Below are positions 30,675 through 39,338 of a DNA stretch of 64,000 nucleotides, one piece after another; positions within the stretch are counted from its first letter, which is position 1, and every line of letters starts with the position of its first letter. A program made the position numbers and the translations under genes. Source of the stretch: Endomicrobiia bacterium (GTDB lineage: Bacteria; Elusimicrobiota; Endomicrobiia; DTEH01); NCBI GenBank assembly GCA_039630545.1, contig JBCNUU010000001.1, positions 128,001 through 192,000 of the forward strand, read 5' to 3'. The notes under the pieces were generated by a model. It saw only the letters and a list, made by a program, of their open reading frames with translations. It did no database searches and had not been told where the DNA came from.

Positions 30675-31513
30675 AAAAAATAAAATTTGCAAAATTTGTT
30701 GCCGCTGGAAATGATTTTGTTATCATTAACAATTATGATAAAAAAATATCATCTAAAAAATACCATGAACTTGCAAAAATTCTGTGTCAGCCCAAATTTG
30801 CTGTAGGTGCTGATGGTTTTTTAGTGATAGAGCCTTCTTTCAAAAAAAACTGTGATTTTAAAATGGTTTATTATAACTCAGATGGTTCTTTTGCTTCAAT
30901 GTGTGGAAATGGTGCAAGATGTATTGCTTATTATGCTTATGAGTTAGAGTTATGTGAAGAAATTGCGAATTTGGAGACGGCAAATGGAGTGGTAAAATGT
31001 ATAATAAACAAGAAAAAAAACTCAGTTAAAATTTCGCTTCCCGATCCTAAAAATCTTAAATTGAATATTTTATTAAAACTTGAAAATAATAAAGAGATAA
31101 ATGTGGACTTTATCAACACAGGTGTGCCCCATGTAGTAATTTTCGTTGATGACATAGAAAGAATAGATGTTCACAATTTAGGTAAAGAAATAAGGTATCA
31201 CAAAACTTTTGCCCCTGAGGGTGCAAATGTTAACTTTGTAAAAATAAAAGATGAGCATACTTTATATATAAGGACATATGAAAGAGGGGTTGAAAACGAG
31301 ACACTTTCCTGTGGGACGGGATCTACTGCTTCAGCATGTGTGGCTGCTGTGAAAGGTTTTGTGAAATCACCTGTTAGTTGTGTTACAAAAAGCAAGGAAA
31401 TACTTAAGATAAGTTTCAATTTAAACTCACCTGAAGATATGATATCTCCAGTTTCAAGTTTGTATCTTGAAGGAAAAGTTAAACATGTTTTTGACGGAGA
31501 ATTTTATATATGA
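30671..31513 (+). CDS. dapF: Diaminopimelate epimerase
   Basis: GNDF, GADG, NSDGS..MCGNGARC, TGVPH, ERGV..ETLSCGTG. Confidence 0.97.
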   Translation: MKKIKFAKFVAAGNDFVIINNYDKKISSKKYHELAKILCQPKFAVGADGFLVIEPSFKKNCDFKMVYYNSDGSFASMCGNGARCIAYYAYELELCEEIANLETANGVVKCIINKKKNSVKISLPDPKNLKLNILLKLENNKEINVDFINTGVPHVVIFVDDIERIDVHNLGKEIRYHKTFAPEGANVNFVKIKDEHTLYIRTYERGVENETLSCGTGSTASACVAAVKGFVKSPVSCVTKSKEILKISFNLNSPEDMISPVSSLYLEGKVKHVFDGEFYI

Positions 31514-31558
31514 AGTTGTAAGTGTTAAAATTAAATTTAAAAATTGGAGGGTAGTTGT

Positions 31559-32449
31559 ATGTTTAAAGGTTCTATAGTAGCATTGGTTACTCCGTTCAAG
31601 AATGGAGAAGTTGATGAAAAAAAACTTTGTGAACTGGTAGAGTGGCACATTTCAGAAGGGACTGATGCGCTATTACCTTGTGGTACAACAGGAGAGTCAC
31701 CTACTTTATCATATGAAGAACACAACAGAGTAATAGAAATTGTAGTAAAGCAAGCAAGAAAAAGAATTCCTGTAATAGGTGGAACAGGAACTAATTCTAC
31801 CTCAGAGAGTTTACTTTTATCTGAACATGCAAAAAATGTGGGGTGTGATGCTTTATTGCTTGTTGTTCCTTATTATAACAGACCGACTCAAGAAGGCATG
31901 GTTCAACATTTTAAGTTGATCGCAGAAAAAACAGGTATGCCGATAATTATTTATAACATTCCTGGAAGGACTTCTTCTAATTTAGAACCACAATCTTTCG
32001 TGAGATTAGTCAAAGAATGTAAAAATATTGTTGGGATAAAAGAAGCATCTGGTTCTATAGAACAAGTATCTCAAATTTATTCTCTTCTTCTTCAGGATGG
32101 GTTGGAGAACAAAATTTCAATACTAAGTGGAGATGATAGTATGACTTATCCTATAATGTGTCTGGGTGGAAAAGGAGTGGTTTCTGTAGTAGCAAACATC
32201 ATTCCTAAAAAAGTTTCTCAGTTTACTTCACTTTTACTTGAGAAAAAATTTGAAGAAGCACAGAAACTTCACTATGAACTTTATCCATTAATGAAAGCAA
32301 TGTTTATTGAGACAAATCCCATTCCAGTAAAGGCTGCTATGGAGATGATGGGATTATGTAGTGGTGAGGTAAGATTGCCACTTACTTTTATTTCTTCACA
32401 GAATAAAGAAAAACTAGAAAATATTCTTAAGAAATACAAATTGATTTAA
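31559..32449 (+). CDS. dapA: 4-hydroxy-tetrahydrodipicolinate synthase
   Basis: ALVTPF, GTTGES, PYYN, YNIPGRT, GIKEASG, SGDD, TNPIPVK; SD GGAGGG before ATG at 31559. Confidence 0.97.
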   Translation: MFKGSIVALVTPFKNGEVDEKKLCELVEWHISEGTDALLPCGTTGESPTLSYEEHNRVIEIVVKQARKRIPVIGGTGTNSTSESLLLSEHAKNVGCDALLLVVPYYNRPTQEGMVQHFKLIAEKTGMPIIIYNIPGRTSSNLEPQSFVRLVKECKNIVGIKEASGSIEQVSQIYSLLLQDGLENKISILSGDDSMTYPIMCLGGKGVVSVVANIIPKKVSQFTSLLLEKKFEEAQKLHYELYPLMKAMFIETNPIPVKAAMEMMGLCSGEVRLPLTFISSQNKEKLENILKKYKLI

Positions 32450-32499
32450 ATGAGATTATTATACATTTATCATATCATATATATTTAAAATTCAACAAT

Positions 32500-33800
32500 T
32501 ACAAACTTTTAAGCAAACTATAAAAGAAGATGATTTTTAAAAACACCAAAAAGAAAGGAAATCTAAAAGTATTCCTTGCCAGTCTTTTTTAGAGCAAAAG
32601 GACTTACCGGTATAATCAACTAAGCAAAAGAAATAGTTGCAGCAATAAAACATAATTATAATAATACTATGTTGCTTTATAGCTGTTATTCTACTGTTGA
32701 GAGTTATGCATATGCCCATAAGTGGAAATTTAGCTAAAAAAATAGTTTTTTTTGACTCTTTTTAAGAGTGATTTTTTTTTAATAATATTAAAATGACAAA
32801 AAAATATATCAAACCTCAAATTACTTCCAGGAAAGTTTTATTTCCAAATGATACATCTGTTGTTTAGTTAAATGAAGTTTACTATAAAAATGTAATCTGA
32901 AAACTTTATCATCTTTTAAGCTGCTCGATCGTTGGATTTTATTTTATTATCATGTCATTATAAGGTTTATTTTTAAAATAGATAGATTTTTAAAACGTTC
33001 GCTGATGAAGTAAATAAAAAACTGATAACTTTCATAAAAATTTTTTTCTTTCGGTTTTATGTTTTAAAATAAATAAACAGGTTGTTTTTAACATTAGTCT
33101 TCATTTTTTAAAAATGTTTAGGTTTTTCTGCAACAAGAATAAAAACGGTAGAGTATACAATTTGGTGTAGGTTTTTCCACAGGTATAATATAAGGAGCAG
33201 ACCATACTGTGTATGTGCTCTATGTACTAAAAGACACTACAACTTCAGCCCTACCTTAACCTAAATTTTTCACAAAAAGATGTGTTAGTTTTTTGAAATG
33301 AAGTTAGTTTTGAGTTGTATGCTTTTTTTGATACACGGAGTTGTGTAAAAAAATAACATGAATTACAAATCTTAACTTCTGTAACATTTAAACATCTTCA
33401 TTATTCAACATCAACAGATGTGATAAACTATACTACCACATTATTATCCTAAAGAAGATACTGCTGGTGTGTAAAAACAAAGAATTATGCAGAAAAGTTT
33501 TCTTTGTAGTTTTCTGCGAGAAAATTCTTGATTGATACGCAACCAGCAATGTTATGTTATTTGTTTGGATTCAGATACAGGTTTATTTAGAATGGTAGTT
33601 TTTCAAGATTTAGACTGAGAACTTACAACCGAGATAAAACTAACAAGTTTGGTTTATAAATTTTTACCTATCAACTTAAGCTTAATAAATCATCGTTAAA
33701 ATTAGATGAAGAAATAAAAAATTTTAAAAATAAGAAAGACTTAGAATGTTTTGGCATTAAAAAACTGCCTCGTTGTGCAGTATTTAGATACCATATTTTC
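32500..33800 (-). pseudogene. Probable heavily decayed coding DNA, family unidentified
   Basis: No ORF longer than about 60 aa; minus-strand protein-like fragments broken by stops (FIAATISFA*LIIPVSPFALKKTG; GRAEVVVSFST*STYTVWSAPYIIP). Confidence 0.35.
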
Positions 33801-33915
33801 ACAAAGTAGATATATGTATAAAACTTTTTATTTTTAATTTAAATAATATAAAAAACTTCAATCAAGTTTGTGTTGATTTTTTATTAAATTTATTGTATTT
33901 TTATAAATTCTGCCT

Positions 33916-33989
33916 CGGGGCGTAGCTCAGGTGGCTAGAGCACTCGTTTGGGGTGCGAGAGGTCAGCGGTTCAAGTCCGCTCGCCCCGA
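33916..33989 (+). tRNA. tRNA-Pro (anticodon GGG)
   Basis: CGGGGCG acceptor stem, CTCGT-TTGGGGT-GCGAG anticodon arm, GGTTCAAGTCC T-arm; CCA not encoded. Confidence 0.96.
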
Positions 33990-34004
33990 GATTATCTCAA
34001 CAGT

Positions 34005-34463
34005 ATGATAATAGCAATTGCATCGGATCATGCTGGGTATAGGATTAAGAAAGAACTGGTTGAATTATTATCAAAAGAGTACAAGATAATAGATTTTGGA
34101 ACTTTTTCAGAAGAATCGTGTGATTATCCTGACTATGTAAAAAAAGTAGTTTTGGCTATAAGAAATAAAGAAGCAGATAGAGGTATACTTTTATGTAGCA
34201 GTGGAGAAGGAGTATGTATTGTGGCCAATAAATTTAAAGGCATAATGGCTGGTTTGTGTTATTCAGAAGAAGTAGCAGGTCTTTTATCTTCTCATAACTT
34301 TACAAATGTGATATGTTTTCCTACAAGAATAAAAAAAGAAATAACATCTGAGATGCTTTATAAGTGGGTAAAAATATGGTTGAATACTCCAAATTCAGAT
34401 GAAGAAAGGCATTTAAGAAGAATAAGAAAAATTAAAGAAATTGAGGAGGAAAATTTTAAATGA
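34005..34463 (+). CDS. rpiB: Ribose-5-phosphate isomerase B (RpiB/LacA/LacB family)
   Basis: IAIASDHAG, DYPDY, GILLCSSGEG...ANK, HN..NV, RH.RR; start moved to 34005 because 33948 lies inside the tRNA. Confidence 0.92.
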   Translation: MIIAIASDHAGYRIKKELVELLSKEYKIIDFGTFSEESCDYPDYVKKVVLAIRNKEADRGILLCSSGEGVCIVANKFKGIMAGLCYSEEVAGLLSSHNFTNVICFPTRIKKEITSEMLYKWVKIWLNTPNSDEERHLRRIRKIKEIEEENFK

Positions 34464-34864
34464 AATATTTTTCTGTGATTTTTTTGCTGTCTTTTACGAC
34501 TTGTCAAGTATTGTATTCTCAAGTTCATAAGACTATAGACGAAGCAATAGATTTAATAAATAAAAATAAATATGATGAAGCAATAGAAATTTTAGAAACA
34601 AATGGCAAAGAAAACGATATTCTTATAGCTATAGCTTACTTAGGAAAAAAAGATTTCAAAACAGCTAAAGCTTTTGCTTTGCAGTACTGGTTTAACAATG
34701 AAAATGATGTGTTAGCTAACTATGTTCTTGCTTTAATTTCAGAAGAACTTAAAGAGTATAATCTTGCTTTAATGTACTGGTCTGCAGTTTTAAAAAACGC
34801 AAAAGTACCTGTTCTAAAACAGCTTGCAAAAAAGCACATAGAAGTACTCAATAAATTAAAATGA
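34460..34864 (+). CDS. Exported TPR-like protein
   Basis: Signal peptide; helical repeats (YDEAIEIL, ANYVLALISE, ALMYW). Confidence 0.7.
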   Translation: MKYFSVIFLLSFTTCQVLYSQVHKTIDEAIDLINKNKYDEAIEILETNGKENDILIAIAYLGKKDFKTAKAFALQYWFNNENDVLANYVLALISEELKEYNLALMYWSAVLKNAKVPVLKQLAKKHIEVLNKLK

Positions 34865-35427
34865 AAAAATCGAAATTCTATTTTATGTTTTCTATCCTTG
34901 CTATCCAGTGTTGTGTAACTCCAAAGGGGGTTTTCCATAAAGATTTTGACATAGACAAACTTACAACGATATTTGTAGAAGAATTCAAGCCCTACAATGG
35001 TTATCCTTCCAGCGGAGAAATGATAAGAGATTTAATAATTCAACATCTTTTAAGAAGAAAATTTGTAGTAAAAGATTTAAATACAGAAGATGTAAAGTAT
35101 ATATTGTCAGGTTCTGTAACCAAGTTTTATCCTGAAAAAAGATATTTAGTTTACATTGGAGAGGAAGGTAAAGATAACATAATAGTAGGAAGCACATTAA
35201 CAGAAATAAGTGGAAGTTATGTTTATAAAATTTCATCTGCGTTTGGCCTTAAAAATGCAGAGATAGTAGCAACTAACTCAGTAGTAGGAGTGTCAGCAAA
35301 ACTTATAGAAAAAGATACAGGTAAAATTTTATGGAGCAGTTCTTTTACATACGAAGCTTTAACTGTAGAAACCGCAGCAGATGTTGTAGTTAACTATTTA
35401 GTTACATCTTTAACTGGCAAAAAATAA
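34861..35427 (+). CDS. Putative lipoprotein (CsgG/DUF799-like alpha/beta fold)
   Basis: Lipobox-like AIQC; ILSGSVT and VGVSAKLIEKDTGKILWS patterns. Confidence 0.65.
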   Translation: MKKSKFYFMFSILAIQCCVTPKGVFHKDFDIDKLTTIFVEEFKPYNGYPSSGEMIRDLIIQHLLRRKFVVKDLNTEDVKYILSGSVTKFYPEKRYLVYIGEEGKDNIIVGSTLTEISGSYVYKISSAFGLKNAEIVATNSVVGVSAKLIEKDTGKILWSSSFTYEALTVETAADVVVNYLVTSLTGKK

Positions 35428-35439
35428 CATAGATATTAA

Positions 35440-36072
35440 ATGGAGATTGCTAAATTTATAGAATACACTAATTTAAAGCCATACGCTACAGAAAAAGACA
35501 TAATAAAACTTTGTAAAGAAGCTATAAGATATGGATTTTTTGGAGTATGTGTTAATCCTGTATATGTGAAATTGTGTAAAGAAATCCTTAAAAACACCAA
35601 TGTTAGAATATGTAGTGTGGTGGGGTTTCCTTTGGGTTGTAATACTACAAAAGTGAAGGTGTTGGAATCCCAGCAGGTAATTTGTGATGGTGCTGATGAG
35701 ATAGATATGGTAATAAACCTTAGTGCTTTAAAATCAGGTAATTATGAAGAAGTTTACAAAGACATAAGCTTTGTAAGGAAAGCTACTGAAGGAAAAATAC
35801 TGAAAGTGATATTAGAAGTTTGTTACCTTACTAAAAAAGAAAAGGTTATAGCAGTTGAAATAGCAAAAAAGGCAAAAGCAGATTTTATAAAAACTTCAAC
35901 AGGATTTGGAACAAGCGGAGCAAATGTAGAAGATATTAAATTAATTAAATCCATAGTAAAAGAAAACATAGGAATAAAAGCAGCAGGGGGAATAAAAGAT
36001 AAAAATACAGCTTTAAAAATGATAAAAGCAGGAGCAGATCGTATAGGAACTTCATCTTTAATTAAGGACTGA
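35440..36072 (+). CDS. deoC: Deoxyribose-phosphate aldolase
   Basis: VCVNP, VGFPLG, GADEIDMV, KVILE, FIKTSTG, IKAAGGI, RIGTS. Confidence 0.97.
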   Translation: MEIAKFIEYTNLKPYATEKDIIKLCKEAIRYGFFGVCVNPVYVKLCKEILKNTNVRICSVVGFPLGCNTTKVKVLESQQVICDGADEIDMVINLSALKSGNYEEVYKDISFVRKATEGKILKVILEVCYLTKKEKVIAVEIAKKAKADFIKTSTGFGTSGANVEDIKLIKSIVKENIGIKAAGGIKDKNTALKMIKAGADRIGTSSLIKD

Positions 36073-36079
36073 ATTATTT

Positions 36080-37513
36080 ATGATCCATAAATGGGAGATA
36101 AAATCATTTAAAGAAGCTAATAAGGTAGAATATAGAATAAGATTAAAAGCACAGGAAGAAGATTTAGTAGAACTTAAAAATTTTCTTAGAGAAAACAAAA
36201 TATAAATCTCAAAAGAATTTTCTTCTTTGAGCACAGAGTTTAATTATGTGTTATATGTAAGCAAAGTAGCTCAAGAAAAAATAAGTAAATTATCACTATT
36301 GCTTAAAAATCTATGTAATGATGGTAGTTTTATAGATATAGAGGAAGCTTCTGTTAAAGATGATGATGGTTTAAAATATCTCTATGAGATTTTAAGAGGT
36401 ATGTATGAATTGCCGATAGTAGGACAGCAGAAAGAGTTAAAAGAGGAATATTATGATATTCTAAAAGAGGCAAGTAAAATGATTTCTTCGGTTACAGATT
36501 TTAGTCAGCTCATAAAGATACTTTTTAAAATTTCGCATCAATTAAACTATGACAAAACAGTTATACTTCTTAGAGACGAAGATATGTTTAGTTTTGTTGA
36601 TGGATATGGAATAGACAAAAGCATTGCTGGTTTATATAAGTTAGATTTGAGCGTTGGGGAGATGATAAAAGATTTAGGAAGGATTGTCCCCAAAGAAAAA
36701 ATTCCTATAGAGATTTTAAATTCACAAGAATTATTTAAGATATTTCCAGTAGGTATAATAATTTCTTTAGTTTCTGAAAAAGAAACAGAAGGATTTATAT
36801 TGTTAAATGAAAAATCTCATATTATGAAAAATTTTAAAACCGATTATGATTTATTAGAAATTATTTCTTCTCAGATTTCTTCAGTTATTAAGAATTTTCG
36901 TCTTTCTAAAGAAGCAATTACTGATCCATTAACTGGTACATATAGGTATAACTATTTTGTAAAAAGATTAAATGAAGAAATTTACAGAAGTATACTATAC
37001 AAACATCCTTTAAGTTTATTGATGATAGATGTAGACAATTTTAAAACAATAAATGATACATATGGACACCAAATAGGAAATGTTGTGTTAAGAGAAATAG
37101 GTAAAGTTTTAAAAGAAAATGTTAGAATAAGTGATATAGTGTGTAGATATGGCGGTGATGAATTTGCTATAATTTTTCCAGAAACTAATATAGATGAAGC
37201 ATTGAGATCTGCAAAAATATTAAAAGACCATATAAATAACGTAGTTAAAATTACAAATGAATTAAAGCAAAAAATAGAAAGAATTGGAATAGAAATTATT
37301 CCTAAAATTATTATTTCTGATATTGAACCGAAGGTTACAGCTTCTATGGGTTTAGCTTTTATTACTGGGAAAGAAGAAAGAAAAATTACTTCAGAAGAGT
37401 TTATTAATTATGCTGATAAAGCTTTATATTTATCTAAAATAGAAGGTAAAAATAAAATAACCATATGGAATGAAGAAGAAATTATAAAATTTTTAAATGG
37501 AGAGATCTACTAA
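36080..37513 (+). CDS. Diguanylate cyclase (unknown N-terminal domain + GAF-like + GGDEF), interrupted by an in-frame TAA at 36203-36205
   Basis: ATG 36080 (7 nt after the deoC stop) is in frame with ORF 36227; TDPLTG, DVDNFK.IND.YGH, RISD I-site, RYGGDEF. Confidence 0.8.
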
Positions 37514-38603
37514 AGCTATGAAACCTGCAGATATAGACCAACTGTTACGGTTGATGGTTAAGAAAGGAATTTCTGATATTCATTTTAAAGCGAATTCTTC
37601 GCCACTAATTAGAATAAATGGTAAAATAGTATCTTCCAGATATGAAAAACTTTCTAAAGAAACAATAGAAAATATAGCATATGAACTGATGAATGAAGAA
37701 CAAAGAAAAACTTTTGAAAGAGAATACGAACTGGATTTTGCTTATTCAATAGAAGGATTCGCCAGATTTAGAATAAATGTTTATAAACAAAAAAATACAA
37801 TAGCTTTGACATTAAGAGTTATACCGTTAGAAATCAAGTCATTTAAAGAGTTAAATTTACCAGAAGAAGTGTTAATAAAACTTGCTCACGAACCACGTGG
37901 TTTGATACTTATAGCTGGTATAACAGGGTCTGGTAAGACAACCACTTTAAACTCAATGTTAAATTACATCAATGAAAATTTTGAATATAATATTATCACC
38001 ATAGAAGATCCTATAGAATATTATCACGTAGATAAAAAATCATCCATTTCACAAAGGGAAATAGGTTCCGATACTAAATCATTTAAAAATGCTCTTAAAT
38101 ATGTATTAAGACAAGATCCTGATGTTGTAGTAATAGGAGAGATGCGTGATTTTGAAGCAATATCTGCAGGAATAACAGCAGCAGAGACTGGGCATCTTGT
38201 ACTTTCTACAATTCATACTATTGATGCTGTTCAGACAATTGACAGGATAATAGATAGTTATCCTCCTCATCAACAAAAGCAAGCACGTATACAACTTTCA
38301 AATGTTTTGAAAGGAATTGTAGCACAAAGACTATGTAATTTAAAAGATGGTTCCGGAAGAATTCCAGCTGTTGAGGTGCTTATAGGAACTTCCTTCGTTA
38401 AAAAACTTATTTTAGAAAATAAAACGCAGGAAATATATAAAGCAATGGAAGCAGGAGAGTATTATATGATGAATACTTTTGACCAATCATTACTTAAACT
38501 ATACAACTCAGGTCTTATTACATTTGACGAAGCTCTGGATAAAGCTACAAATCCAGAAGATTTACAGTTAAAACTCCGTGGAATTTCTCAAACAAGAGGT
38601 TGA
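37497..38603 (+). CDS. pilT: PilT/PilU-family type IV pilus retraction ATPase
   Basis: SDIH, RFRINVY, GITGSGKTT, EDPIE, QREIG.DT, LRQDPD..GEMRD, AETGHLV.STIHT; start may be 37518. Confidence 0.93.
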   Translation: MERSTKAMKPADIDQLLRLMVKKGISDIHFKANSSPLIRINGKIVSSRYEKLSKETIENIAYELMNEEQRKTFEREYELDFAYSIEGFARFRINVYKQKNTIALTLRVIPLEIKSFKELNLPEEVLIKLAHEPRGLILIAGITGSGKTTTLNSMLNYINENFEYNIITIEDPIEYYHVDKKSSISQREIGSDTKSFKNALKYVLRQDPDVVVIGEMRDFEAISAGITAAETGHLVLSTIHTIDAVQTIDRIIDSYPPHQQKQARIQLSNVLKGIVAQRLCNLKDGSGRIPAVEVLIGTSFVKKLILENKTQEIYKAMEAGEYYMMNTFDQSLLKLYNSGLITFDEALDKATNPEDLQLKLRGISQTRG

Positions 38604-39337
38604 TTATGCTGCAGGATAAAGACAAAAAAGTAGACGAAATACTGGAAGAATTAAAAAATGTATTAGATTCTATTACTAAAAAAACTCAGACGAATACTCA
38701 ACCATTGCAAGAAGACAGTTTCAAAAAGATAGAAGAAATGAAAAATATATTGAAATCTAAAGAAAAAGAAGAAATTAAACTTGAAGAGAAAAAAGAAGCA
38801 ACACCTACCGAGAAGGTAGACAATGTTAATAAATTAAAAACTTCGTTAACTATCTTCTCTGAAACGACTAAAGAAGAGAAAACAGAACAAAAAATATCTT
38901 CCACAGCTCCAGAGAAACCATCTACTGAAGTGATGCCTCCTGAGGAAGCTGATAAAAAAGAGGGTATTGTAATAAAAACTATGGTGCTGGTTCCATTAGC
39001 TTTACAGGATGCCAAAGATGAGTTTTTTAATAATGTTAATTCTACTTTAAAACGGGTAAGTAAAAAGAATATAGAATTTAAAGAAAGTATCTGTGTAAGT
39101 TATAGTTCTTTAACCAAGGATATTTTTTTACAATATAGTTTAGTAGTTGAAAAAATCAGAAACAATAACATAAATGCCTTAATTTTTATAGTTAATGAAA
39201 ATACCTTAGAAGTAGAAGAGTTTATTAAAAAAATATCATCCTTTGTTATCTTAGCAAAAAGTATAACAATGAAAGAATTAAAAATGAGATCTACATATTT
39301 AGATCTTTCTATAGATTTACTTTTAACTATAAAATAA
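38600..39337 (+). CDS. Hypothetical protein: N-terminal helices, low-complexity linker, C-terminal alpha/beta domain shared with the DnaA paralog
   Basis: Overlaps the pilT stop; aa ~122-245 align by eye with aa ~472-598 of the next ORF. Confidence 0.8.
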   Translation: MIMLQDKDKKVDEILEELKNVLDSITKKTQTNTQPLQEDSFKKIEEMKNILKSKEKEEIKLEEKKEATPTEKVDNVNKLKTSLTIFSETTKEEKTEQKISSTAPEKPSTEVMPPEEADKKEGIVIKTMVLVPLALQDAKDEFFNNVNSTLKRVSKKNIEFKESICVSYSSLTKDIFLQYSLVVEKIRNNNINALIFIVNENTLEVEEFIKKISSFVILAKSITMKELKMRSTYLDLSIDLLLTIK

Positions 39338-39338
39338 C

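Noticed and set aside
32793..32867. Small ORF MTKKYIKPQITSRKVLFPNDTSVV with a RiPP-leader-like YxxP motif
   Set aside because: No SD, no maturase nearby, and the opposite strand reads more like decayed coding sequence.
32450..33989. Integrated mobile element at tRNA-Pro
   Set aside because: The gap is 5' of the tRNA; no integrase, transposase or att duplication was seen.
33948..34004. N-terminal extension of rpiB in the ORF track
   Set aside because: Overlaps tRNA-Pro; RpiB similarity starts at 34005.
36203..36205. Alternative genetic code or programmed readthrough
   Set aside because: TAA, TAG and TGA all end conserved genes normally in this window, and no recoding signal is evident.
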